In this document: piece by piece, positions 1 to 8,967 of the stretch
Position numbering within the stretch: position 1 is the first letter of the stretch
Layout: each line of letters opens with the position of its first letter
From: an uncultured Pseudomonadota bacterium
Lineage (GTDB): Bacteria > Pseudomonadota > Alphaproteobacteria > RF32 > CAG-239
Assembly (NCBI GenBank): GCA_947054505.1
Contig: CAMRWU010000002.1
Coordinates: 70,214-134,213 of the forward strand
DNA: 64,000 nucleotides
Direction: 5' to 3'
Notes under the pieces: model-generated
Told to the model about the DNA's origin: nothing
The model's input: the letters and a program-made list of their open reading frames with translations, nothing else
The model's database searches: none
Program-made: the position numbers and the translations under genes

Positions 1-626
1 GTTGCCAAAATCAAGTTAATACCGTCATGGCTCATCAAATGTTGTGTTGCGTCGATAGACGGTTCATCAATCCAACCGATGATGTTTTCGGGAGCACCGG
101 CGGCAACTGCGGCTTCCAAAAGTTTTTTAGCCGTATAAACCGTGCATTTCTTAGCGCGCGGATGCGGTGAAAAGATAATGCCGTTACGTGTTTTCAAAGA
201 AATTAAAGTTTTGAAAATAACGGTAGATGTCGGATTTGTTGTCGGAATAACACCGGCAATCACACCAATCGGCTCAGCAATCTTGGTCAAACCGTTTGTT
301 GTATCGCGTTCAATCACACCGCAAGTTTTAACATGGCGATATTTATTGGAAATTTCTTCTGCGGCAAAGTGGTTTTTAATCACTTTATCTTCGACAATAC
401 CCATACCCGTTTCCTCAACGGCCATCTTAGCCAAAGGAATACGCATGCTGTTTGCCGCGGTAGCCACTGCTTCAAAAATCTTATCAACCTGTTCTTGTGA
501 ATAAGTCGCAAAAACCTTCTGCGCTTCTTTGACACGGGAAATAACCCCGTTCAAATCATCAATCGTCGTCACCGGCACATCGGCATTACGAACTGGCACA
601 ACTGCGTTCTTCTTGTCTTGTTTCAA
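1..626 (-). CDS. adhE: Bifunctional aldehyde-alcohol dehydrogenase AdhE, N-terminal aldehyde-dehydrogenase portion; the gene continues beyond the window start
   Basis: Reverse-complement translation from TTG at 626 (GGAG 6 nt upstream) reads LKQDKKNAVVPVRNADVPVTTIDDLNGVISRVKEAQKVFATYSQEQVDKIFEAVATAANSMRIPLAKMAVEETGMGIVEDKVIKNHFAAEEI...GIIFSPHPRAKK...APENIIGWIDEPSIDATQHLM...ILATGG. This is co-linear with the AdhE N-terminus as I remember it. The + strand track ORF 142..504 is its antisense shadow. Confidence 0.8.
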   Translation of the reverse strand, partial: MKQDKKNAVVPVRNADVPVTTIDDLNGVISRVKEAQKVFATYSQEQVDKIFEAVATAANSMRIPLAKMAVEETGMGIVEDKVIKNHFAAEEISNKYRHVKTCGVIERDTTNGLTKIAEPIGVIAGVIPTTNPTSTVIFKTLISLKTRNGIIFSPHPRAKKCTVYTAKKLLEAAVAAGAPENIIGWIDEPSIDATQHLMSHDGINLILA

Positions 627-772
627 CTTTAATCTCCTTATATTAAGGGTTTCCGATTCTAATTTTACTCAGGCTACAATATATAGAATAATTTACAAAA
701 GTTTAGTTAACACCCCTGTTTTACCAACAAAAAAAGCGAGGTTTAATCCTCACTTTTTGTTGCAAAATATTA

Positions 773-1267
773 TCATCCGCGACGACGATTGCGGCGTTCC
801 AATTTTTCCCGATATTTTTTTTCACGCTCCAATTGCCGCCGTTTTGCTTTTTCACCAAAACGAGAAACCTTTTTCTCCACCACTTTTTCCTTATAGGCGG
901 CATCTCGCTCCTGCGCTCTTTCCAGAGCTTTTTTTCGAAAGGAAGTGTGAGCCTCATTCTGTTTATTTATAAGTTCCTGCTGACGAGCTTCTCTTTCTTC
1001 CGCTCTTTGCATGGCCTTACTCTTAAAACGATTGGTGTTTTCCTGACGCTCGGATTGAATAGCCTCCTGTCGTTCACGGCGTTGCCGCTCACCTTTCGAT
1101 TCTTCCACCGCCCCAACACTTTCTTCGCTGTTTATTTTGCCGTTTTCTCCGCCGTCAACATCCTGTTGTTGATTTTCCTCAGCAACAACATTTTCATCAG
1201 GAACGATATTTTCCTGAGCAACAGCTGTTCCCGAAACCAGCAACGCCATCATCAAAAATTTATACAT
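773..1267 (-). CDS. Secreted, highly charged (E/R/K-rich) coiled-coil protein of unknown function
   Basis: Signal peptide MYKFLMMALLVSGTAVAQE. GGAGGA RBS before the ATG at 1267. ER-rich low-complexity C-terminal half. No family recognised. Confidence 0.55.
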   Translation of the reverse strand: MYKFLMMALLVSGTAVAQENIVPDENVVAEENQQQDVDGGENGKINSEESVGAVEESKGERQRRERQEAIQSERQENTNRFKSKAMQRAEEREARQQELINKQNEAHTSFRKKALERAQERDAAYKEKVVEKKVSRFGEKAKRRQLEREKKYREKLERRNRRRG

Positions 1268-1300
1268 GCTTCCTCCTCTGTTCTTATCAAGAGTTATTCA

Positions 1301-1318
1301 TTGACAAACAATTGTCAA
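1301..1318. promoter_or_regulatory. Perfect inverted repeat TTGACAA-ACAA-TTGTCAA overlapping a TTGACA -35-like hexamer upstream of the NUDIX gene; candidate operator/promoter
   Basis: Read directly: ttgacaaacaattgtcaa, about 40 bp upstream of the ATG at 1356. Confidence 0.3.
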
Positions 1319-1355
1319 TATTTTATGAGAGAAAAAACACACAAGGAGAAAAAAT

Positions 1356-1748
1356 ATGAAAGTTGTTGCCGGAGCCATCCTCACTCATAACGGAAAAATT
1401 TTTATCGCCAAACGCCCCGAAGGAAAAACCCTCGCCCACCATTGGGAATTCCCCGGCGGCAAACAAGAAGCCGGAGAAACATTGCAACAATGCCTGAAAC
1501 GTGAATTGCGAGAAGAATTGAACATTGATGCAACAATCGGTGACTTTTTCATGACCAGTGAATACAAATATGAATTCGGCATCATTCAACTTAACACTTT
1601 TTTTGCATCACTATCCGCCGATTGTGACATCCACTCCAATGAACACGAGAACATCGCTTGGGTTACACCGGAAGAACTCAAAAACTATACATTTGCTCCG
1701 GCAGACATCCCCATCGTTACCGAACTGGAAAAACTGAAACTGGCGTAA
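1356..1748 (+). CDS. mutT: NUDIX hydrolase (MutT-like nucleoside triphosphate pyrophosphohydrolase)
   Basis: Nudix box GGKQEAGETLQQCLKRELREELNI. AAGGAG RBS. Length 130 aa. Confidence 0.8.
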   Translation: MKVVAGAILTHNGKIFIAKRPEGKTLAHHWEFPGGKQEAGETLQQCLKRELREELNIDATIGDFFMTSEYKYEFGIIQLNTFFASLSADCDIHSNEHENIAWVTPEELKNYTFAPADIPIVTELEKLKLA

Positions 1749-1761
1749 CCGCCATCTCCAT

Positions 1762-1791
1762 AAAAAAGCTCCGGAAAACCGGAGCTTTTTT
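1762..1791. terminator. Bidirectional rho-independent terminator shared by mutT (+) and tRNA-His (-)
   Basis: aaaaaaGCTCCGGaaaaCCGGAGCtttttt: a 7-bp GC stem flanked by A and T runs. Confidence 0.6.
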
Positions 1792-1792
1792 A

Positions 1793-1870
1793 TGGGGCGA
1801 ATGAAGAGATTCGAACTCTCGACATCTGGTACCACAAACCAGCGCTCTAACCAACTGAGCTACATTCGCC
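1793..1870 (-). tRNA. tRNA-His (anticodon GUG) with encoded CCA and the extra 5' G(-1)
   Basis: The reverse complement folds as a cloverleaf: G-1 plus GCGAATG acceptor, anticodon stem CTGGT/ACCAG with loop TTGTGGT (GTG), T-arm GAGAGTTCGAATCTCTC, and 3' CATTCGC-C-CCA. Confidence 0.85.
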
Positions 1871-2026
1871 ATCAAACGTGTCTATCTTCTACAAACAATC
1901 GAGCATAAAGTCAAGACCAAAATACCAATTCAGACAAATTATTTTTTCTCGGCGTTAAAAATTAACATTTTATTTTCTTTTTACCGATAAACTTAAATAA
2001 ATTGGGTTCATCACAAGAGAAAATAA

Positions 2027-3232
2027 ATGAATAAAAAACTTAAGCCTGTGACTTGGTTAAATATATTGTTTGCCTCAGCTTTGTTTTTTTCCACAACAAG
2101 CAAAGCATCAGCGGCGCACGGCCCCTCTTCATCAATATTAATTGATGCGGAAAGCGGCAAAGTTCTTTCCTCATCAAACGCCGATTTACGCCGTTATCCC
2201 GCTTCTCTTACCAAGCTAATGACCCTTTACATCACCTTCAATGCTTTAGAAAGCGGTTCACTCAAAATGGAAGACCAACTTCCAGTATCCAGAAACGCGG
2301 CCAACCGTTCACCTTCAAAATTAGGGCTCCGCGCCGGAGAAAAAATCTCTGTCCGTGATGCCATAATGGCTCTGATCGTCAAATCAGCCAATGACTGCGC
2401 AACCGTATTGGCCGAAGGATTGGGATACACTGAAGAAAACTTCGCCCAAACAATGACCGAAATCGCCAAAGCTCTGGGTATGAAAAACACAACCTTCAAA
2501 AATGCATCCGGTCTGCCCAATCGCGAACAAAAAACCACAGCGCGCGATATGGCAACTTTAGCGGCCGCCATGTACCATCATTTTCCGCAATACTACAAAC
2601 TTTTCTCAACCCAAAAATTTGTTTACAAAGGGCACACCTACTACACCCACAACCACCTGTTGAAAACATTCAAAGGTGCCGACGGCATGAAAACCGGCTT
2701 CACCAATGCTGCCGGATATAATATTGTCACCTCCGCCAAGCGTGACGGTCATCGGGTCATTGCTGTTACCATGGGGCATAACAACATCAAAGCCCGCGAT
2801 CAAAAAGTAGCCAGCCTGATGAATCAGGGATTGCAAAAACTAACCAGAAACGATACGAAAAAAGCTCCGATAATTTATGATGATATCAATACGCAAGCTC
2901 TTCCGACGCTCATTGCCGAAAATGACAACAAAAATAATGAAGTCTGGGGCATTCAAATCGGCGCCTTTTCAAATTATGCCAAAGCCCGCAACTATGCGCT
3001 TGATATAAAAAGAATGATAAAGAAACAACTCAACTATGCCTCAAAAGCTCAGGTTAATATTGAACCGGCTCACAAGGGTTCCGCCGTCATTTATCGCTCA
3101 AAACTCATCGGCTTTGCAAAAAATGAAGCGGATAAAACTTGCTCGAACTTGAAAAAAGCAAACAAGTCATGTATCGTGATTGCATCAACATCTTCACAAC
3201 AACTGGTCATGGCTGAGGTTAACAATGACTGA
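2027..3232 (+). CDS. D-alanyl-D-alanine carboxypeptidase (PBP5/6 class) with C-terminal SPOR domain
   Basis: Signal peptide. SxxK (SLTK), SxN (SAN) and KTG motifs. C-terminal WGIQIGAFSNYAKARNYALDIK is SPOR-like. Confidence 0.8.
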   Translation: MNKKLKPVTWLNILFASALFFSTTSKASAAHGPSSSILIDAESGKVLSSSNADLRRYPASLTKLMTLYITFNALESGSLKMEDQLPVSRNAANRSPSKLGLRAGEKISVRDAIMALIVKSANDCATVLAEGLGYTEENFAQTMTEIAKALGMKNTTFKNASGLPNREQKTTARDMATLAAAMYHHFPQYYKLFSTQKFVYKGHTYYTHNHLLKTFKGADGMKTGFTNAAGYNIVTSAKRDGHRVIAVTMGHNNIKARDQKVASLMNQGLQKLTRNDTKKAPIIYDDINTQALPTLIAENDNKNNEVWGIQIGAFSNYAKARNYALDIKRMIKKQLNYASKAQVNIEPAHKGSAVIYRSKLIGFAKNEADKTCSNLKKANKSCIVIASTSSQQLVMAEVNND

Positions 3233-4031
3233 CGAACCCAACAAAAAAGCACACATCATCGTTGTTAGCAATGAAAAAGGTGGCACCGGCAAATCCACAT
3301 TAAGCATGCATTTGGCGGTAAAACTTCTGCAAGAAGGCTTCAAAATTGCCACCATTGATCTGGATGGACGCCAAGGCAGTCTGACCAAATATATCGAAAA
3401 CCGCAAAAACTTCTGTGAAAAAAAGGAAATCGAACTTCCGATTCCCACACACTATAGCTTTGCTCCGGAGACCAACACCTACCTTATTCCGGCCGCCAGA
3501 GAAAAAGTTGCCCACCAGATTTATGAACTGCTTCCCCAATTTGATGCCATCATTATCGACACCCCCGGCACAAAAAACTACCTGTTTGAAGAAGCGCACA
3601 AATACGCAGATACGGTCATTACCCCGATTTCAGACAGCCTGATTGACCTAAACGTCATCGCCGATATTGATTACACAACCGGCAAAGTAAAAATGCCGGG
3701 ACACTACGCCGAATACATTTGGGATACAAAAAAATATCTCGCCTCGCAAGGCAAAGCTTATTTGAACTGGATAATCAGCGGAAACAAAATTTCCGCATCC
3801 CGTTCAAAAAACAAAGCCCTTGTGTTCAACTATCTGGAAAAGCTTTCTAAACTTTACGGCTTCCGTCTCATTGACGGCATGAAAGACCGTGTCATCTATC
3901 GCGAACTCTTTCTCGAAGGCCTTACCGTTCTGGATATGCAACATCCCAACCTAAAACTGCGCATGTCCATGTCTCATCTGGCTGCCAAACTTGAAATCAA
4001 CAATCTGGCCGCATTCATCAGCCCCGAATAA
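3225..4031 (+). CDS. mipZ: MipZ-like ParA/MinD-family ATPase (division-plane regulator)
   Basis: Deviant Walker A VVSNEKGGTGKST. Co-linear similarity to Caulobacter MipZ as I remember it: IDLDxRQ...IELP..., DRVIYRELF..GLT, SxSHLAA. The ATG at 3225 overlaps the upstream stop. Confidence 0.7.
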   Translation: MTDEPNKKAHIIVVSNEKGGTGKSTLSMHLAVKLLQEGFKIATIDLDGRQGSLTKYIENRKNFCEKKEIELPIPTHYSFAPETNTYLIPAAREKVAHQIYELLPQFDAIIIDTPGTKNYLFEEAHKYADTVITPISDSLIDLNVIADIDYTTGKVKMPGHYAEYIWDTKKYLASQGKAYLNWIISGNKISASRSKNKALVFNYLEKLSKLYGFRLIDGMKDRVIYRELFLEGLTVLDMQHPNLKLRMSMSHLAAKLEINNLAAFISPE

Positions 4032-4119
4032 TAGCTAACAACTTTTTCTTTCCGCTTGTCATTACCGCCTAAAGTGATAAAATCTCACCATTAATATAAG
4101 ATATTAACGAGGAGAAATT

Positions 4120-5739
4120 ATGATTAAAACAATCGCAACCCAACCTTACAGCGACCAAAAGATGGGAACCGGCGGCCTGCGTAAAAAAACAAAAGTTGTT
4201 ATGCAACCCAATTACTTTGAAAACTTCATGCAAAGTATCTTCAACACAATCGGCGACTCAAGCGGCAAAACCTTTGTTGTCGGTGGTGACGGGCGTTTTT
4301 ACAATGCCATTGCGATTCAAAAACTCATAAAAATGGCGGCGGCTAACGGTGTTGCCAAATTGATTGTTGGTCAAAACGGCTTATTGTCAACCCCTGCATC
4401 CTCCAACATCCTTCTCAAAAACAAAACTGACGGGGGCTTTGTTCTGTCTGCATCGCACAATCCCGGTGGCGGAAACGGTGACTTCGGAATTAAATATGCC
4501 AATGAAACAGGCGGACAAATTCCGACCTCCATCAGTGATAAAATATTCGAAACATCCAAACAAATTTCCGAATACAAAATTTTTGATGCTCCGGACATTG
4601 ACTTGTCTCGCTTAGGCACCCAAAAACTGGGTGATATGGAAATTGAAGTTATCGATTCCGTTAAAGATTACGTCGAAATGATGGAACGTATTTTTGACTT
4701 TTCCGCCATCAAAAAATTATTTGCCAACGGCTTCTCTATGCGCTTTGATGCGATGAACGCCGTTACCGGCCCTTATGCCATTCGGATTTTTGAAGAAGTT
4801 CTCGGTGCGACCAAAGGCTCTGTCGTTCATGCGATTCCATTGCCGGACTTTGGCGGACTTCACCCAGACCCCAACTTGGTTTATGCCAAAGAACTGGTGG
4901 ACTTCATGTTCTCCGAACACGCGGCTGATTTTGCCGCGGCTAATGACGGTGACGGTGACCGCAATATGATTCTCGGCAAAAAATTCTTTGTCACCCCCAG
5001 CGACAGTCTGGCAATCTTAACCGACAATTTCAAACTTATTCCAGCCTACAAAAACGGAATTTTCGGTGTCGGTAAATCAGCCGCAACGTCATCAGCCGTT
5101 TCCCGTGTAGCCCAAGCCCACAACATAGGCTATTACGAAGTTCCCACCGGCTGGAAATATTTCGTCAACCTCATGGATTCGAACAGAATCACTTTTTGCG
5201 GTGAAGAAAGCTTCGGCACCGGTTCGTCGCATATCCGTGAAAAAGACGGCATCTGGGCTGTTTTGTTCTGGTTAAACATCATAGCCGCAACCGGAAAATC
5301 CGTTGAAGAAATCACTCGAGAACACTGGCAAAAATACGGACGCAGCTACTATATGCGCTTTGACTTTGAGGGAATTACAACCGATATTGCCGACAAACTG
5401 ATGGCTGATTTGGAAAACAAACTCCCATTACTCAACGGCAAAGAAATAAACGGCTTCAAAATCGCCAATGCCGCACCGTTTGTCTACAACGATCCCGTAG
5501 ACCACAGCACCACGAAAAACGGTTTAATTATCACATTTGAAGATGGTTCGCGCATCGTCTACCGCTTGTCCGGAACCGGCTCCAGCGGAGCAACCATTCG
5601 TGTTTATCTTGAGCGTTACAGCAAAGACAACTTAAACGCAGAACCTCTGGCAATGCTGACCGAATTGTTGCGCATCGCCCTTGATGTCGCTGAAATCCCT
5701 GAAAGGACTGGAAAACACCAAGCCGATGTTGTCACTTAA
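4120..5739 (+). CDS. pgm: Phosphoglucomutase (alpha-D-phosphohexomutase family)
   Basis: Phosphoserine loop SASHNPGG. Metal loop DGDGDR. GAGGAG RBS. 539 aa. Confidence 0.85.
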   Translation: MIKTIATQPYSDQKMGTGGLRKKTKVVMQPNYFENFMQSIFNTIGDSSGKTFVVGGDGRFYNAIAIQKLIKMAAANGVAKLIVGQNGLLSTPASSNILLKNKTDGGFVLSASHNPGGGNGDFGIKYANETGGQIPTSISDKIFETSKQISEYKIFDAPDIDLSRLGTQKLGDMEIEVIDSVKDYVEMMERIFDFSAIKKLFANGFSMRFDAMNAVTGPYAIRIFEEVLGATKGSVVHAIPLPDFGGLHPDPNLVYAKELVDFMFSEHAADFAAANDGDGDRNMILGKKFFVTPSDSLAILTDNFKLIPAYKNGIFGVGKSAATSSAVSRVAQAHNIGYYEVPTGWKYFVNLMDSNRITFCGEESFGTGSSHIREKDGIWAVLFWLNIIAATGKSVEEITREHWQKYGRSYYMRFDFEGITTDIADKLMADLENKLPLLNGKEINGFKIANAAPFVYNDPVDHSTTKNGLIITFEDGSRIVYRLSGTGSSGATIRVYLERYSKDNLNAEPLAMLTELLRIALDVAEIPERTGKHQADVVT

Positions 5740-6844
5740 AAAACATATCGTTTTAAGTACTCTGATAGCCTCTCTGGCCTTTTCAACAAAGGCCGGAGCA
5801 GGTTTATACGGCTTTACGGAACCCAATCCCTACACGCACGAAGAAACATTGCTCGGCATGCAGGAACCTCCGGAACAAATCATCAACTATCGGGATAACA
5901 TGCGCGCCAACATCCTAATGCTCGCAGATTATGCCAAAAAACAACGACCGAATTTTCAAATTATCGCTCACGAAGGGCAACAACTCCTAGGTAAAAGCCT
6001 TTGGGACAGTCACCTCTCCGGATATAACAACGCGCGTCTTTTGGAAATCAACGCCGTAGACCCGTCTTTTCTGACAAACCAATATAAAAATAGCACCTTA
6101 ACGGAACCGGAAATCGGTTCACTGGCTCGCCGCTACCTGTCAACGCTCGATGCCATCGCTCTTAATAACATCTATTGCGGCAACCAACCTCTTCAAGAGG
6201 CTTTCTGGAACAAACATGACGTTTCAACCATCGCAATCGAAAATTGTCCGGATGAAAATACCTTTGATCAGGCAATCATTCGCTCAGCTTTTGACAAACG
6301 CCTGTTTTATGGATTTGACAATCCGCAGTATGCCTTTAATGACATTGCGCACCAACCGTTGATTAACGAAACGGCAAAAAATGTCACGGCAATCAAAAAT
6401 GCCAAAAATATTTTGCTTTTGTTGGATGACGGCAAATTCGCCCAAAAAGCGGATTTAATCAAAGCCCTGCGCAATACCAACTATGATATTGTGATAATCA
6501 ATCCGTTATTTCATGAACATACTCCTTACACACCGGAAGAAGTACGCTCGTTACAATTCAAGAAAAACGGCACTCGCCGCCTACTGATTGCCGAAATGAA
6601 TATGTCCGAAGCCACCGCCAATACTTATTATTGGCATCCGGAATGGAAAATCGGTAGTCCGGTATGGCTGAACAGAATATCCTTTGTCAACGATAACGCG
6701 GTCATTACCAGCTATTGGCATCCGGAATGGAAAAAAATAATTTCACGCCATTTTAAGGAAATCGTCAGCAGTGGTTTCGACGGCGCTTTCTTAACCGGCC
6801 TTGAAAATTATCGTTATTTTGAAAAATTAACCCCGCTTGAGTAA
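5726..6844 (+). CDS. Secreted TIM-barrel glycoside-hydrolase-like protein (GH114/PelA-hydrolase-like), tentative
   Basis: Signal peptide MLSLKKHIVLSTLIASLAFS. GFDGAFLTGLE resembles the GFDGvFLDxvD motif of GH114 from memory. Internal YYWHPEWK duplication. Confidence 0.4.
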   Translation: MLSLKKHIVLSTLIASLAFSTKAGAGLYGFTEPNPYTHEETLLGMQEPPEQIINYRDNMRANILMLADYAKKQRPNFQIIAHEGQQLLGKSLWDSHLSGYNNARLLEINAVDPSFLTNQYKNSTLTEPEIGSLARRYLSTLDAIALNNIYCGNQPLQEAFWNKHDVSTIAIENCPDENTFDQAIIRSAFDKRLFYGFDNPQYAFNDIAHQPLINETAKNVTAIKNAKNILLLLDDGKFAQKADLIKALRNTNYDIVIINPLFHEHTPYTPEEVRSLQFKKNGTRRLLIAEMNMSEATANTYYWHPEWKIGSPVWLNRISFVNDNAVITSYWHPEWKKIISRHFKEIVSSGFDGAFLTGLENYRYFEKLTPLE

Positions 6845-6849
6845 CGCCC

Positions 6850-7116
6850 ATGAACGAAGTTGAAGTTTTAGACATTTCCCGTGATGCCATTTTCACCCTG
6901 TTAAAAGTCGTCACGCCGGTTTTACTGGTTGCCTTGGCAATCGGTCTGTTTATCGGTATCTTTCAGGCTTTAACCCAAATTCAGGAAATGACACTGGCGT
7001 TCGTCCCCAAAATTATCGGCGTTTTTATTACCCTGATTCTGCTCTTCCCGTTTATGCTCAGTCAAATGCGTACTCTGGCAGAAGGATTATTTGATAAAAT
7101 TGCCGCAGGCGGATAA
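6850..7116 (+). CDS. fliQ: Flagellar export apparatus protein FliQ
   Basis: 88 aa with 2 TM. Sits immediately upstream of fliR and flhB. Confidence 0.85.
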   Translation: MNEVEVLDISRDAIFTLLKVVTPVLLVALAIGLFIGIFQALTQIQEMTLAFVPKIIGVFITLILLFPFMLSQMRTLAEGLFDKIAAGG

Positions 7117-7119
7117 TCA

Positions 7120-7875
7120 ATGACCGAACTCCTCAACCTAAATCTATATCAATTTTTGATGGTTTTCCTGCGTATGGGATCCGCCTTAATGTTGCTTCCG
7201 GGCTTCACGGCTTCCTATGTCAGCACCCAGATTCGCTTGTCGATAGCTTTGGCTCTGGCGATTATCTTAATGCCCGTTGTAACACGTTTTCTGCCTCCGG
7301 CTCCAGATAGATTTGACATATTATTGCAATATATTTTGCGAGAAATAACCATCGGTATTTTTCTGGCTGTCATTATACAAACCATATTTTCATCTTTGAG
7401 CCTTGCCGGCAACATCGCTGGTCAGGCAATTGGTTTTTCTAATGCCCAAAACTTCAACCCCGCCACTCAAAACCAATCCATCATCATCGAATCCTTTTTA
7501 GGCGTAACCGCACTCACCGTCATCTTTATGGCCAACCTTCACCATATCATGCTAAACGCCATCATCGACACTTACCACTTGTTTCCGGTCGGACAAGCTC
7601 TGCCTTGGGGCGATTTTGCCAACCAGATGAGTCAGACTGTTAACGGAGCATTCATTGCCGGCTTCAAACTTGGGGCTCCGTTTATTGCTTTCAATATTGT
7701 TTTTTATACCGGAATGGGATTGGTTTCCCGCCTGATGCCGCAACTTAACATCTTCTTTTTGTCTTTACCGTTGCAAATATATTTAGGCGCCGGCCTTTTG
7801 TTTATTACAATGCCGATAATGATTTTATGGTTCATGCGTTATTTTGACGACAGCATGCAACTTTACTTGCACTAA
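7120..7875 (+). CDS. fliR: Flagellar export apparatus protein FliR
   Basis: 251-aa polytopic membrane protein in the fliQ-fliR-flhB arrangement. Confidence 0.85.
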   Translation: MTELLNLNLYQFLMVFLRMGSALMLLPGFTASYVSTQIRLSIALALAIILMPVVTRFLPPAPDRFDILLQYILREITIGIFLAVIIQTIFSSLSLAGNIAGQAIGFSNAQNFNPATQNQSIIIESFLGVTALTVIFMANLHHIMLNAIIDTYHLFPVGQALPWGDFANQMSQTVNGAFIAGFKLGAPFIAFNIVFYTGMGLVSRLMPQLNIFFLSLPLQIYLGAGLLFITMPIMILWFMRYFDDSMQLYLH

Positions 7876-7887
7876 GAAAGGAGGAAC

Positions 7888-8967
7888 ATGGTCGCACCCG
7901 AAGATGATGATGACGCCTCCAAAACCGAAGAGCCGTCCGAACGAAAGCTAACCAAGGCCAAAGAAGAAGGCGACGTTGCTGTATCTCAAGACGCCAAAAG
8001 CTTTATTATGCTTTTGGGAATGTTATTTGTCGTTTGGCTGGTTATCCCATTGATTTTTAAATGGTTTTATCTGATGTCGGTACGCTATATTGAAAACGCC
8101 GGACAAATTCCCCTCGGTGATTATGAGTTTGAAGTCCTGTTGCAACAAAGCGGCATCGGTTTGCTAAAACTTCTGGCCATTCCATTTTCTGTTTTTATCG
8201 TTCTGGGCGTTTTTGCCAACATCGCCCAAACAGGGTTCATCTACGCCCCAAAAAAACTGGAGCCCAACTGGAATAAACTGAATATTTTCGCCGCCCTACC
8301 CAACTTCATCAATATGAAAAAAGTTGTTGAAAGCTTAAAAGGTATCCTCAAAATCACAGTCATTGCTTTTATCGCCATCTGGGTTGTTCGTCCTTATGTT
8401 GAAAAAGCCAATTTATTACCGGAAATGGAAACCATAACAATTTTAAGATTTATTCATAAAGTTGTGGTATTATTACTATTCACGGTGGTTATCGCCGTTC
8501 TGATTATCGCCTTGGGGGACTATGCGTACCAAAAATACGTCCACTTAAAAAAATTGCGGATGACCAAGCAAGAACTCAAAGACGAATTCAAGCAGATGGA
8601 AGGTGATCCGATGGTCAAATCCCGCATACGCCAAATCAGAATGGAACGTGCCCGCCACCGTATGATGGAAAACGTGCCCAAAGCAGATGTGGTTATTGTC
8701 AACCCGACCCACTATGCCGTAGCACTGGAATATAAAATGGAACAGATGGATGCTCCAAAAGTAACCGCAAAAGGTGTCGATAACGCCGCTCTGCGCATCA
8801 AAGCTCTGGCCGAAGAAAATGATGTGCCGATCGTCGAAAATCCGCCGTTAGCCCGTGCCCTTTTTGCATCAACTGAACTGGACCAAACTATTCCTGAAGA
8901 ACACTTTAAAGCTGTCGCAGAGGTAATTGGATATGTTATGCAACTCAAAAACCAACAAACGCCCTGA
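7888..8967 (+). CDS. flhB: Flagellar export switch protein FlhB
   Basis: 359 aa with 4 TM. NPTH autocleavage motif (VIVNPTHYAVAL). AAGGAGG RBS. Confidence 0.85.
   Translation: MVAPEDDDDASKTEEPSERKLTKAKEEGDVAVSQDAKSFIMLLGMLFVVWLVIPLIFKWFYLMSVRYIENAGQIPLGDYEFEVLLQQSGIGLLKLLAIPFSVFIVLGVFANIAQTGFIYAPKKLEPNWNKLNIFAALPNFINMKKVVESLKGILKITVIAFIAIWVVRPYVEKANLLPEMETITILRFIHKVVVLLLFTVVIAVLIIALGDYAYQKYVHLKKLRMTKQELKDEFKQMEGDPMVKSRIRQIRMERARHRMMENVPKADVVIVNPTHYAVALEYKMEQMDAPKVTAKGVDNAALRIKALAEENDVPIVENPPLARALFASTELDQTIPEEHFKAVAEVIGYVMQLKNQQTP

Noticed and set aside
142-504. + strand ORF of 120 aa (and many other 60-170 aa ORFs in the track lying inside or antisense to longer genes, e.g. 833..1390, 3300..3599, 10673..11194, 20127..20567, 34486..34872)
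   Set aside because: They overlap well-supported genes on the opposite strand or frame, and lack RBS and recognisable motifs. They are reading-frame shadows in an AT-rich genome.
6600-6760. Repeated YYWHPEWK coding segment
   Set aside because: An internal protein-level duplication within the GH114-like gene, not a DNA repeat element or phase-variation tract.
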